This document shows, in pieces, positions 35,578 to 44,388 of a stretch of DNA of 45,482 nucleotides. The DNA comes from a virus (taxonomy: Duplodnaviria > Caudoviricetes). The stretch's first letter is position 1. Every line of letters starts with the position of its first letter. The notes below the pieces were generated by a model. The model saw only the letters and a program-made list of their open reading frames with translations, searched no databases and had not been told where the DNA came from. The stretch spans positions 1-45,482 of IMG/VR virus record IMGVR_UViG_3300048856_000132. The stretch is one strand, 5' to 3'. The translations under genes and the position numbers were made by a program.

Positions 35578-36264
35578 ATGCTGATGGATGGAACAGTCGG
35601 CTCGGTTTTGAAGCGCGCTCGGAAGAGCCGGGGTATGCGTCAGCAGGACGTTGCCAAGGCCGTAGGCGTCAGCGTCCAGGCTGTTAGCCAGTGGGAGCGT
35701 GGCGACAACGAGATCTCGATGGAGAATTTGCGGACCGCAGCCCAGTTCCTCGGATTTGATGCGGTGACAGCATTTCAGGGAGAGCTGCGTCTTGCGGCCA
35801 CCGACGAGGCTCCGAGCGAAGTCGAGAGAGTTACAGACGTCGGGAGGCCTGACCTCGGCCCGCGGGACGTGCCGCTGTCTGGCGTCAGCCTTGGCGGCGA
35901 GGATGCCGATTTCAGCTTCAACGGCGAAATAGCCGACTACGTCCGGCGGCCACCCGGGATTGCCAATCTGCGCAATGTCTTTGCGCTGCACGTGATTGGC
36001 GACAGCATGGTCCCGCGCTTCGAGCCCGCAGATCTCATCTATTGTGGCGGACGGCCGCCTGTACCAGGCGACGACGTTGTGATCGAGATGTTTCCCTCGG
36101 AAAGCGCGCCAGCCGGCAGGGGTTACATCAAGCGACTGGTCGCCCGCTCACCCAGCACCGTTACCGTCAGGCAATTCAACCCGCCGCGTGAGATTCAGTT
36201 CGACGCCTACGAGCTGAAAGCCGTGCATCGCGTGATACCTTGGAAAGAGCTTCTTGGGTTCTGA
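35578..36264 (+). CDS. CI-like repressor (XRE HTH plus S24 peptidase)
   Basis: QQDVAKAVGVSVQAVSQWERG; GDSM.P catalytic Ser; YIKRL catalytic Lys. Confidence 0.93.
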   Translation: MLMDGTVGSVLKRARKSRGMRQQDVAKAVGVSVQAVSQWERGDNEISMENLRTAAQFLGFDAVTAFQGELRLAATDEAPSEVERVTDVGRPDLGPRDVPLSGVSLGGEDADFSFNGEIADYVRRPPGIANLRNVFALHVIGDSMVPRFEPADLIYCGGRPPVPGDDVVIEMFPSESAPAGRGYIKRLVARSPSTVTVRQFNPPREIQFDAYELKAVHRVIPWKELLGF

Positions 36265-36514
36265 GGTAGTGAGCCTCGGCGCGCCTGGCGACTGCCTGAT
36301 CGGCGAACTGTGGCTGCACAGAGATGTTTTTCCCAACTAACCCGTCGTCTTTGCATGCGGCACAGACCAGCGCGGCGGCAAAGACGTCGAACGGTGTATC
36401 GGGCTTGATGCCCATGCTCAGGAGCTGATCACCCCTCCGCCAACGCTCGCGGCCACAATCGCCGCACTCGATGCAGACCGACCTCAGATCACCAACCACC
36501 GCCCGTCCCACCAT
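36176..36514 (-). CDS. Small Zn-ribbon protein (CxxC..CxxC), predicted SOS-regulated
   Basis: ECGDCG..VCAACK; own promoter and LexA box; overlaps the cI 3' end by 89 bp. Confidence 0.7.
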   Translation of the reverse strand: MVGRAVVGDLRSVCIECGDCGRERWRRGDQLLSMGIKPDTPFDVFAAALVCAACKDDGLVGKNISVQPQFADQAVARRAEAHYLRTQEALSKVSRDARLSARRRRTESHAAG

Positions 36515-36531
36515 CACTCTACACCACGCCT

Positions 36532-36576
36532 GTTCCAGTTTCGTTCTATGATTGATTCGTTCCGCGCGAGAGTCCA
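36532..36576 (-). promoter_or_regulatory. Sigma70-type promoter with alphaproteobacterial LexA box
   Basis: TGGACT-N17-AATCAT on - strand followed by GAAC-N7-GAAC (+ strand GTTC-CAGTTTC-GTTC, 36532-36546). Confidence 0.75.
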
Positions 36577-36600
36577 CCCGACTCATCGCTGATATTTTAT

Positions 36601-36640
36601 TCAAGCTTCACTTGATTTAAAATTCAAGCAATGCTTTATT
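36601..36640 (+). promoter_or_regulatory. Early promoter overlapped by two operators
   Basis: TCAAGCTTCACTTGA (36601-36615), TCAAGCAATGCTTTA (36624-36638); TTGATT-N17-TTTATT. Confidence 0.8.
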
Positions 36641-36678
36641 TTCTCCATCGAACTCGGCCGCACCCGATGGAGAACCCG

Positions 36679-37041
36679 ATGCACCTTCAGGCAACGCTGC
36701 CCTCGGCAGCCACAGCTCAGCATGCGCTGACGCTTCATCGTCCCGCTGATACAAGGTCATTTCCATCGGCCGCGCTCCCTCCCAGGCGCGCTGCGCCGGA
36801 GCGCGCCGGCAAGGCCGGACGCGACCTCCTCCCCGCGTCCGGCCAGCGCTTCCTCGCCGCCGTCATCCGTGAAGCTCACGCCATCGGCCGCGACATCGTC
36901 GAGGCCGGGCGCTTCGCCGCCTGGATCGTTCCGAAGATCGTCGGCGGCATCGTCGATGCCGCCGGCCTCGCCATCTCGCTCACCTTCGGCGTCGGCCTCG
37001 CCACCGCCTTCTATGCCGTTGCGCAGGCGGTGCTGCCGTGA
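36679..37041 (+). CDS. Hypothetical protein with hydrophobic C-terminus
   Basis: GGAG RBS before ATG 36679; first gene of the early operon. Confidence 0.6.
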   Translation: MHLQATLPSAATAQHALTLHRPADTRSFPSAALPPRRAAPERAGKAGRDLLPASGQRFLAAVIREAHAIGRDIVEAGRFAAWIVPKIVGGIVDAAGLAISLTFGVGLATAFYAVAQAVLP

Positions 37042-37358
37042 GCGTCCCGTTCGGCGCCGCGCGCGAGAACCGCTTCGCGAACATGTGCCAGCACGGCGTT
37101 TTTCTCTTCGACGAGCCCCTGGCTGACGGCGCGACACCCGATCTCCCCGACAACTTCGACACCGAGATCGCCGCGGCCTTCCCCATCTCGGACGAAGCCC
37201 CGCGCCGATCCCCCATCAACTGGGATGATCTTCCGCAGGCCGACGACGACCGACTTCGCCCGGGCGAAATCGCTCTGGCATTGGCGTGGTTCGCCGCGAT
37301 GTGTGGCCTCGCCTGGTGCTTCTATCGGCTGTTCGTCCTCGCGGCGGAGGTGTGGTGA
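37038..37358 (+). CDS. Hypothetical protein with C-terminal TM segment
   Basis: GTGA coupling; acidic N-terminus; IALALAWFAAMCGLAWCFY. Confidence 0.6.
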   Translation: MSVPFGAARENRFANMCQHGVFLFDEPLADGATPDLPDNFDTEIAAAFPISDEAPRRSPINWDDLPQADDDRLRPGEIALALAWFAAMCGLAWCFYRLFVLAAEVW

Positions 37359-37570
37359 TGCCCGGCTTCCTCGTCCACGTCGAAGATCCGGGCGGCCGCC
37401 GCATCATTCTCGTCGATGCCGCCAGCCCCACCGCCGCGCGCCTTCGCGCCGAGGCGCCGGGCCGCATCGTCCACAAGGTCAAGCTTGACCGCGCCGGCGA
37501 AACCCCGCGCGGCGCCCGCCTCACCCGCAAGGCGCTGCTGCGCCAGAAACCCGCAAAGGAAATGTCATGA
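37358..37570 (+). CDS. Hypothetical protein
   Basis: GGAGG RBS, TGATG coupling. Confidence 0.6.
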   Translation: MPGFLVHVEDPGGRRIILVDAASPTAARLRAEAPGRIVHKVKLDRAGETPRGARLTRKALLRQKPAKEMS

Positions 37571-37806
37571 TCCAGTTCGCCCCCCTCACCGCCGCCGAGC
37601 GTGCCGCCCGCGGTTCCGGTGCCCCTTCCCTGTTCGCCAAGCCCCCGAGCATCGCCGAGCACATGGCCGTCCACATGGTCGACATCGGCGAAGGGTGCCG
37701 CGACAGCGATCTCATGCTGCGCGGGTTCACCCCCGGCGAAATTTACCACCATGGCGCCGAGGCGAACCGCATCGCCATCGCGCGGAGCGGCGGAGGGTCG
37801 TGCTGA
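37567..37806 (+). CDS. Hypothetical protein
   Basis: AAGGA RBS, ATGA coupling. Confidence 0.6.
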   Translation: MIQFAPLTAAERAARGSGAPSLFAKPPSIAEHMAVHMVDIGEGCRDSDLMLRGFTPGEIYHHGAEANRIAIARSGGGSC

Positions 37807-38519
37807 TGAGCGCGCCAGAGAATCTCGCTGATTTCATCGCGGCCGAGGTCGCCCGACAGTCCAGCGAACCGGCGATCAGAGCGCTCGTCGAGCAGAAGAT
37901 AGGCCAGTGCATCGCATCGGCTGTCGACAGTTCGATGCGATGCTTCGGCCACGTCGGCAAGCAGATCGAAGCCGCCGTCGCGAAGGCGCTGGAACTGTCC
38001 GAGCCGCTCGACGTGCCGGCTTACGGCACCATGGTCATGGCCGTCCTGCGCCAGCAGATGGACCAGATCCTGACGCCGCTGGTCAACGAACGACTCGCGG
38101 CCGAGATGGCCGAGATCCTCTCGACGGCTCCGGCCGAGGTGAAGCTGTCCGCGATCATTGAGGCCATGAAGGCCGACGAAGACATGCACGATCGGTTTGC
38201 CACTCACGCGACCCTCGTCATCGAGGAGAGCGATAACGTCCCCGGCTACAAGACCGTCTTTCTCGATCCTGAGGAGGACCAGAAGGCATACTCCTCAAGG
38301 GCGAAGCGATCGAAATACGACGTCGCACTTCGCTTTTCCGTGACGAGCGAAGGCAAGATCTACAGCCTCTTCGTCGATCAGAAGGACGCCAAGACGACGA
38401 TCGTCATGGGTCGTCTGCCGACATACCAGCGCATGGTCTTTGCCGCCTATGCCTGCGGCGGCAAGGTGATCATCGACGGCGACGAAGGTGACTTCGACAC
38501 CGGCTACGGGGATTTCTGA
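37806..38519 (+). CDS. Hypothetical phage protein
   Basis: GGAGG RBS, TGATG coupling; protein-like composition from MSAPENL. Confidence 0.75.
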   Translation: MSAPENLADFIAAEVARQSSEPAIRALVEQKIGQCIASAVDSSMRCFGHVGKQIEAAVAKALELSEPLDVPAYGTMVMAVLRQQMDQILTPLVNERLAAEMAEILSTAPAEVKLSAIIEAMKADEDMHDRFATHATLVIEESDNVPGYKTVFLDPEEDQKAYSSRAKRSKYDVALRFSVTSEGKIYSLFVDQKDAKTTIVMGRLPTYQRMVFAAYACGGKVIIDGDEGDFDTGYGDF

Positions 38520-38827
38520 TGGACGTCACCGCCACCGGCCCCGACCTCTGCGACGTCGAGATGACCAGCGACGAGGCCACCGCCTTTCTGGTGGAAGCCC
38601 TCACCCGCCACGGTCTCGACGTTGACGGCAGCATCGGGGCGCAGCTGTCCGTCCTCCGCCGCCCCGCCGAAGACGGCCCGCTCTTCTTCCGGCTCGCCAT
38701 GCGCCTGGTGAACCCGCCCGCAGCGCCGGTCGAGGCGCCCGATGCCGCAACGCCCCAGCTTGACGCCGCCCCCGATCCAACCGCCGACCCCTCACCCGAC
38801 GCCGTCGGCGCCGGCACCGACCTCTGA
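38519..38827 (+). CDS. Hypothetical protein with Pro/Asp/Ala-rich tail
   Basis: TGATG coupling. Confidence 0.6.
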   Translation: MDVTATGPDLCDVEMTSDEATAFLVEALTRHGLDVDGSIGAQLSVLRRPAEDGPLFFRLAMRLVNPPAAPVEAPDAATPQLDAAPDPTADPSPDAVGAGTDL

Positions 38828-38844
38828 ACCCGAAGGAAAGCCCG

Positions 38845-39723
38845 ATGCGCAAGATCGACGTCGCGCCTGCGGACAGGCCGAAGCATATCGACCCCGGAGC
38901 GGCGCCGATCCTGCAGTGGCTGAAGATCTCCCAGCTTGTCGTTGACGACAGCTATCAGCGCGAGCTGCAGCGCGGCAACTGGACCGCCATCCGCAAGATC
39001 GCGGCGCGCTTCAAGTGGTCGCGCTTCTCGCCGGTCTTCGTCGCGCCCGTCGAGGGCGGCCTGTTCGCCATCATCGACGGCCAGCACCGCACACATGCCG
39101 CCGCGATGTGCGGCTTCGCCGAGGTGCCTTGCCAGATCGTCCAGATGGATGCCCGCGAGCAGGCGGCAAGTTTCGCCGCCGTCAACGGCCTGGTCACCCG
39201 CGTGACACCCCTGAACATTTTCAAAGCAGCCGCGGCTGCCGGCGAGCCATGGGCTGTAGCAGCGATCAAGGCCTGCGCTGACGCTGGCTGCCGCCTGATG
39301 AGCCGCAACGTCTCCGCGGCGGAGAAGAAGCCTGGCGAAATCTTCTGCGTGCAGCTGGTGCGCAAGCTCGTCGATGCTGGCCATGCCAAGGCGGTGACGC
39401 TCGCCCTCTCGGGCCTTCGCCGCTCAGACTTCGGCAGCGACGCTGAGGCCTACACGAACGAGATCCTGAAGCCTATCTTTGCCGCCGTCGTCGACCGTCC
39501 CTGGCTGCTCGGCGCCGCCGTCGACCTGAAGACGTTCTTCGACACTTTCGACATCTACAGCGCGATCGACAGGGCCGAGGACTTCGTCAAGGCCAAGCGC
39601 CGCCAGGGCGTCGTCGACGTCTTCCGGTTCGACATCATCAGCATCGAGATCGGCGAGGCCCTCGACAAGGCCTTCCCGCAGCGCATGGCCCTGCCGGCGC
39701 CGTCGAAATCGGCGGCAGCGTGA
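38845..39723 (+). CDS. ParB/Srx-fold protein (DUF6551-like)
   Basis: LVVDDSYQR..IIDGQHRTHAA..EQA.SF..VN. Confidence 0.82.
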   Translation: MRKIDVAPADRPKHIDPGAAPILQWLKISQLVVDDSYQRELQRGNWTAIRKIAARFKWSRFSPVFVAPVEGGLFAIIDGQHRTHAAAMCGFAEVPCQIVQMDAREQAASFAAVNGLVTRVTPLNIFKAAAAAGEPWAVAAIKACADAGCRLMSRNVSAAEKKPGEIFCVQLVRKLVDAGHAKAVTLALSGLRRSDFGSDAEAYTNEILKPIFAAVVDRPWLLGAAVDLKTFFDTFDIYSAIDRAEDFVKAKRRQGVVDVFRFDIISIEIGEALDKAFPQRMALPAPSKSAAA

Positions 39724-40001
39724 TGACCCGCCTTAAGATCCGCAGCGTGTCGGTAACCGCTGAAGTCGATCTCAGCGAGATCGACGACGACGATCTGCTG
39801 GAAGAGGTCGATCGCCGTTTCCTCGGCGAGCGATTCCCATCGCGCGCCCTGCGAGACATCGATCACCTCGCCGAGCTGATCGCCGAAGGCAGGACGCGCG
39901 AAGCCCTCGACCAGCTGCGGAGCATCTGCCCCAGCGTCCAGCACGCGGGCGCCCTCCTCACCTTCGCCGCCGTCCGCAAAGCTTCAGGAGCCACCCGTTG
40001 A
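39720..40001 (+). CDS. Hypothetical protein
   Basis: VDLSEIDDDDLLEEV.RR motif; coupled. Confidence 0.65.
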   Translation: MMTRLKIRSVSVTAEVDLSEIDDDDLLEEVDRRFLGERFPSRALRDIDHLAELIAEGRTREALDQLRSICPSVQHAGALLTFAAVRKASGATR

Positions 40002-41137
40002 CCCTCGCTTTCTCCTGCCCGCTTACGCCCCTGCGCCGCGCCGTCGAGCGCGCGGCAAAGGCCGTCGAGCGCCGTAGCACCATTCCCATCCTGTCGAATA
40101 TCGCCCTCGCCGTCGCCAAGGATGGCAGCCTGACGGTGACCGGCACGGATCTCGACATCTGGGCGACGGCGCGCGAGCCGAAGGGAACGGCCGAAGTGAA
40201 GACCGCCGGCGCCACCACCGTTCCGGCAATGCTGCTGCTCGACATCCTGAAGAAGGCCGGCGGCGATATCGCCTTCGAGGACAAGGGCGACGGCCGCGCT
40301 ACCCTGAAGACCGGCCGCTCGCGCTTCACCCTGCACACCCTCCCGGTCGAGGACCTGCCCGAGCCTCACGCGGACAACGCGCCAGGGGCAAGCTTCACCC
40401 TCCCGACGGCGATGCTGACGCGCATTTCCGACTGCACCGCCTTCGCCATCTCCACCGAGGAGACGCGCTATTATCTGAACGGCGTCTTCCTGCATCTGGG
40501 CGGGCCCGATGGAGGGGCGCTGCTGACGGCCGTCGCCACCGATGGCCATCGCCTTTCCCGGCTGTGCCTGCCGGACGTCGCCGTCGAGGGCGACATGCCC
40601 GGCGTCATCGTCCCGCGCAAGACGGTCGGCCTGTTCGACCTGATCGCAGCCACGGGCGAGGCCGACGGCGCGATCACCGTCACCGTCACCGTCAGCCGCA
40701 TCACCTTCGAGACGTCGGGCCTGAAGATCGTCTCCAAGCTCATCGACGGCACCTTCCCCGACTACGGCCGCGTAATCCCCGTGAAGAACCCATGGGTGGC
40801 CGAGCTGCAGCGCCAGGCGCTGATGAAGGCCGTCGAACGCGTTGCCGCCATCTCGAGCGAGCGCGGCCGCGCAGTGCGCTGCGCCTTCGGCGAGAACGAC
40901 GAGCTCGCCCTCGCCGTCACCTCGCCCGACGCCGGCTCTGCCGAAGACAGCGTCGCCGCCGACGGCGCCTTCGACCCGATCGCGATCGGCTTCAACGCCA
41001 AATATCTCGGCGACGTCCTCTCGACCTTTTCCGGCGACGCCATCCGCTTCGCCCTCGCCGACCCCGGGTCTCCCACGGTCATCACCGACCCCGCCGACGA
41101 GGACCGGCTCGTCGTGCTCATGCCGATGAGGGTTTGA
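39998..41137 (+). CDS. dnaN: DNA polymerase III beta sliding clamp homolog (phage copy)
   Basis: RSTIPILSN, GTDLD, AISTEETRYYLNG, VATDGHRL, SKLIDGTFPDY.RVIP, GFNAKYL, LMPMRV. Confidence 0.93.
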   Translation: MTLAFSCPLTPLRRAVERAAKAVERRSTIPILSNIALAVAKDGSLTVTGTDLDIWATAREPKGTAEVKTAGATTVPAMLLLDILKKAGGDIAFEDKGDGRATLKTGRSRFTLHTLPVEDLPEPHADNAPGASFTLPTAMLTRISDCTAFAISTEETRYYLNGVFLHLGGPDGGALLTAVATDGHRLSRLCLPDVAVEGDMPGVIVPRKTVGLFDLIAATGEADGAITVTVTVSRITFETSGLKIVSKLIDGTFPDYGRVIPVKNPWVAELQRQALMKAVERVAAISSERGRAVRCAFGENDELALAVTSPDAGSAEDSVAADGAFDPIAIGFNAKYLGDVLSTFSGDAIRFALADPGSPTVITDPADEDRLVVLMPMRV

Positions 41138-41139
41138 CG

Positions 41140-41835
41140 ATGGGCCTCCTCACGATCACGGGCGTCGACGCCCGCACCACTGCCACCTGGATCAAAGCGA
41201 TGGGCCAGAAATACCTGATGCGCAGCGGATGTAGCGGCGTCGAGTTCGCGATCCTGCGCTCGCCGAAGGTGGGCCAGTCGCCACGCTATCCGACCCGCGG
41301 CGACATCCAGAAGATCGTGAGCTACGTCTACCCGGACCAACTCGCCTTCCACCTCTGCGGCGAATACGCCCGCATGGCGCACGACCCGGCGCGCTGGCAG
41401 GAACTGGCCGACGTGGTCGACTTCACCCTCGTCAAGCGCGTGCAGGTGAACTCGACCGAGGCCAGCGCCGAGGCTGCGCTGACCTTGATGCGGTTCTCCG
41501 CGCACATCGGGATGCCTGTGGTGATGCAGTGGCGCGCCGGGCCGTTCCCCTATCTGCCGAAGCTGGATCTCCTGCAAGATCGCAGTGGCGGCAAGGGCGT
41601 GATCGAGACGGAATGGTTTCTTCCGGGCCGCCTCGCCCTGAAGGCCAGATCTCGGATCGGCTACGCCGGCGGTCTGTCTCCGGAGAACATCGCCGAGCAA
41701 CTTCCGAGGATTACGGCGGCCAGCCGCGGCCTCTACACCTGGGTCGACTGCGAGTCCGGCGTCCGGACCGACGACTGGCTCGACATCGACAAGGCCGAGG
41801 CGATGATGGCGGCCGTGATCGGGGCTCGTCCGTGA
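41140..41835 (+). CDS. TrpF (phosphoribosylanthranilate isomerase)-like TIM-barrel protein
   Basis: TITGVD, VEFAIL, PRYP, HLCG, RVQVN, L.D.SGG.G, GYAGGLSPENI, WVDCESGVRT. Confidence 0.75.
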   Translation: MGLLTITGVDARTTATWIKAMGQKYLMRSGCSGVEFAILRSPKVGQSPRYPTRGDIQKIVSYVYPDQLAFHLCGEYARMAHDPARWQELADVVDFTLVKRVQVNSTEASAEAALTLMRFSAHIGMPVVMQWRAGPFPYLPKLDLLQDRSGGKGVIETEWFLPGRLALKARSRIGYAGGLSPENIAEQLPRITAASRGLYTWVDCESGVRTDDWLDIDKAEAMMAAVIGARP

Positions 41836-42203
41836 CTCGCCCTGTCCGCCTGCGCCTCTCCCGCGCCAAGGGCTTCGACCTGCAGGCGCATTCGCGGGCA
41901 TCCAACGGCCTGCCGGCGATCTCCGCCGCCCGTCCGGGCCCGCTCGGCAATCCCTTCGTAATCGGCCGCGACGGCGACCGCGAGCACTGCGTCTCCCTGC
42001 ACCGCTACGCGCTGGACGGCCTTCTCACCATCACCACGTCGGTCCCGCCCGCAGAGGTGCGCGCCGTGCGCAGCACCTTCCTTGCCCGCTGGCGCGAGCT
42101 CGCCGGCCACAACCTCGCCTGCTGGTGCCGCCTCGACGGCAAGCCCTGCCACGCCGACACGCTGATCGAGGCGGTCGCGATCATGGAGAAGAACCATGGC
42201 TAA
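41832..42203 (+). CDS. DUF4326 protein
   Basis: RP..LGNPF, ELAGHNLACWC..PCHAD.L. Confidence 0.87.
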   Translation: MTRPVRLRLSRAKGFDLQAHSRASNGLPAISAARPGPLGNPFVIGRDGDREHCVSLHRYALDGLLTITTSVPPAEVRAVRSTFLARWRELAGHNLACWCRLDGKPCHADTLIEAVAIMEKNHG

Positions 42204-42474
42204 ACTCCCTTATGGCGATGTCGAGAGAGACTTGAACGCCTTGGCCGTCGAGCGCGCGGGTAATGCAGTCAGGGGAGTTGCGCAGCTATGCGACACCAAA
42301 GGACAGGCGTTCATGGTTTTCCTCAGCGTCGCCGGCGCCGCGGCCGCCAGCACCGCAGCGGCCTACGATGCGTGGCAGGGTAAACCATTCGGAACGACAA
42401 CGGCGAAGGAGATGATGTCGGCCCTCTATGACGGCATCGACGAAGTCTTGGCCGAGGAAACCTCTCATGGCTGA
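42196..42474 (+). CDS. Hypothetical protein
   Basis: GGAG RBS; overlaps both neighbours. Confidence 0.6.
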   Translation: MAKLPYGDVERDLNALAVERAGNAVRGVAQLCDTKGQAFMVFLSVAGAAAASTAAAYDAWQGKPFGTTTAKEMMSALYDGIDEVLAEETSHG

Positions 42475-43450
42475 AGCGACCGACATCGAATGGGCGGACA
42501 GCACCTTCAACCCGTGGATGGGCTGCACGAAGGTCTCGCCGGCTTGCGACCACTGCTATGCCGAGACGCTGATGGACAGGCGCTACGGCAAGGTGAAATG
42601 GGGCCCGCACGGCGAGCGCGTGCGCACCGCCCCGAGCAACTGGCAGAACCCGCGCCGCTGGCAGCGCCAGGCCGCCGCATTCTTCGGCGAGCACGGCCGC
42701 CGGCGCCGCGTCTTCTGCGCCAGCCTTGCCGACGTGTTCGACAACCATGTTCCGGCAAAATGGCGCAAGGACCTCTGGCAGCTCATCACCGAATGCCCCG
42801 ACATCGACTGGCTCCTGCTGACGAAGCGGCCGCAGAACATCGCAAGGATGCTACCCGCGTTCTGGGACGAGATCCGCGGCCGCGTCTGGCTCGGCACGTC
42901 GACCGAGAACCAGGATGAGGCTGACCGCCGGCTGCCGCATCTGCTGGCGGTGACGCCGCGCCCCGCCGTGTTCTTCGCCAGCGCCGAGCCACTGCTCGGG
43001 CCGATCGATTTTCGTCGAGTGGAAGGTGCCTTCAGGCAGGCGACGAGCATGCTGGGAGCGATGAGAAACACGGGATGGCACCACATCGGCCTAAGTTGGA
43101 TCATCACCGGCGGCGAGAGCGGCCCCGGCGCCCGGCCGACGCATCCGGACTGGATTCGCTCCATCCGCCTCCAGTGCCAGGCTAGCGGCGTGCCGTTTCT
43201 GTTCAAGCAATGGGGCGAGTGGGCGCCGGGCGAAAGCTGCGACGGACGCCAGACGCGGACTGAATCCGCAGCCACGTTCTACGACGAGGACTGGAGCAAT
43301 CCTGGCTGGCATTTCCAGAGCATCAGCGTCGGCGCCTCGGAACAGATGCATCGCGACGAAGAGCCGGATGTCTGGCGCGTCGGCAAGAAGCGCGCCGGTC
43401 GCCTCCTCGACGGTGTCACCCACGATGCCTTCCCGGAGGCGCGCCCGTGA
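42467..43450 (+). CDS. DUF5131 (Gp37/Gp68) radical-SAM-like protein
   Basis: T.IEW.D.TFNPW.GCTKVSPACDHCYA (Cx6Cx2C), VFCASLADVF, LLTKRP, SAEPLLG, WII.GGESG, FLFKQWG. Confidence 0.92.
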   Translation: MAEATDIEWADSTFNPWMGCTKVSPACDHCYAETLMDRRYGKVKWGPHGERVRTAPSNWQNPRRWQRQAAAFFGEHGRRRRVFCASLADVFDNHVPAKWRKDLWQLITECPDIDWLLLTKRPQNIARMLPAFWDEIRGRVWLGTSTENQDEADRRLPHLLAVTPRPAVFFASAEPLLGPIDFRRVEGAFRQATSMLGAMRNTGWHHIGLSWIITGGESGPGARPTHPDWIRSIRLQCQASGVPFLFKQWGEWAPGESCDGRQTRTESAATFYDEDWSNPGWHFQSISVGASEQMHRDEEPDVWRVGKKRAGRLLDGVTHDAFPEARP

Positions 43451-43929
43451 TCACCGACCGCCAGCGCACCGAGCAGCTGCTCCTCCTCGAAATGCTCTTC
43501 TCCGTCACCATCGACGGCGCCGATCCCACGCGCGCCGATACTCAGCGGGCGGCCGCCTGCCTCTCGGCCGCCGTCACCGAGACGATCGCCGGCCTCGCCT
43601 TCAACGACGCGACAAAGCTCTACGCCCGCCGCGATCGCCACTACGCCAGGCGCGTCCGCCCGCTTCAGCGCCTCGGGATGCCCGTCGCGACCTTCGGCCT
43701 CGCCGTCTACCACCTGCTCGAGGCGCTGACGGCGAGCGCCTACCTGATCGTCGGCGAGGGCAGCGCCGTCGAAGCCGCCCTCGGCCTCATCCTGCCGGCG
43801 CTGGAGCCGGCGGCGAGCGACGACGCCACCTTCGCCCGGGCCCGCACCATCGCCGGCACCCTCGTCGAAGCGCTGCAGCACGACGGACTCTTCCCCGGTG
43901 TGACGATTGGGAGCCACGCAGATGCCTGA
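43447..43929 (+). CDS. Hypothetical protein
   Basis: GGAGG RBS, GTGA coupling. Confidence 0.65.
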   Translation: MITDRQRTEQLLLLEMLFSVTIDGADPTRADTQRAAACLSAAVTETIAGLAFNDATKLYARRDRHYARRVRPLQRLGMPVATFGLAVYHLLEALTASAYLIVGEGSAVEAALGLILPALEPAASDDATFARARTIAGTLVEALQHDGLFPGVTIGSHADA

Positions 43930-44209
43930 GAGCGCCGCCAGCCCCACCCGTGCGATCGAACCGGCACCGCAGCTGACGCTGACGCCGAGGCTGCGCGCCG
44001 ACCTGCGCGCGCTGAACGAGTCGCGCCCGATCGGTATGACGCGGATCCGGGGCGGATGGTCTGCCCAGGGCCGCTTCCTCGCCCACGGCCGAGGCGTGCA
44101 GCTCATCGCCCTCGGCTTCGCCCGCATCGACTATTCCGGCCGCCACCCACGGCTGAAGATCACCCGCGCCGGGCGCTACACCATCGGCGCGATACCGAGG
44201 GAGAGCTGA
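43922..44209 (+). CDS. Hypothetical protein, possibly wHTH-like
   Basis: GGGAG RBS; L..LG.A..L.IT.AGR pattern. Confidence 0.6.
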   Translation: MPESAASPTRAIEPAPQLTLTPRLRADLRALNESRPIGMTRIRGGWSAQGRFLAHGRGVQLIALGFARIDYSGRHPRLKITRAGRYTIGAIPRES

Positions 44210-44211
44210 CG

Positions 44212-44388
44212 ATGAGCGGCCGATCCCTCCTGGTGACGCAGAAGCAGGTCAAGACGATCCTCAAGGGTGCGGCAGAAGCAGGCGTCCATGTGGAGATCGT
44301 GATCAAGGACGGCGCCGTGCGTTTCGTCCCCTGCGTGGCGCCGGCGGAGCGGCAGCAGCTTGACACCGATCCCGGCGGGTACTTCTGA
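44212..44388 (+). CDS. Excisionase-like small protein
   Basis: VTQKQVKTILKGA..AG..VEI..DG.VR; coupled to the integrase start. Confidence 0.55.
   Translation: MSGRSLLVTQKQVKTILKGAAEAGVHVEIVIKDGAVRFVPCVAPAERQQLDTDPGGYF

Noticed and set aside
37416-41139. ORF-track N-terminal extensions (for example 37416, 40564)
   Set aside because: They overlap better-supported upstream genes; starts reassigned using RBS and stop/start coupling
39998-41835. Host housekeeping dnaN/trpF locus marking a prophage boundary
   Set aside because: Embedded in and coupled to phage early genes; no dnaA, recF, gyrB or trp neighbours
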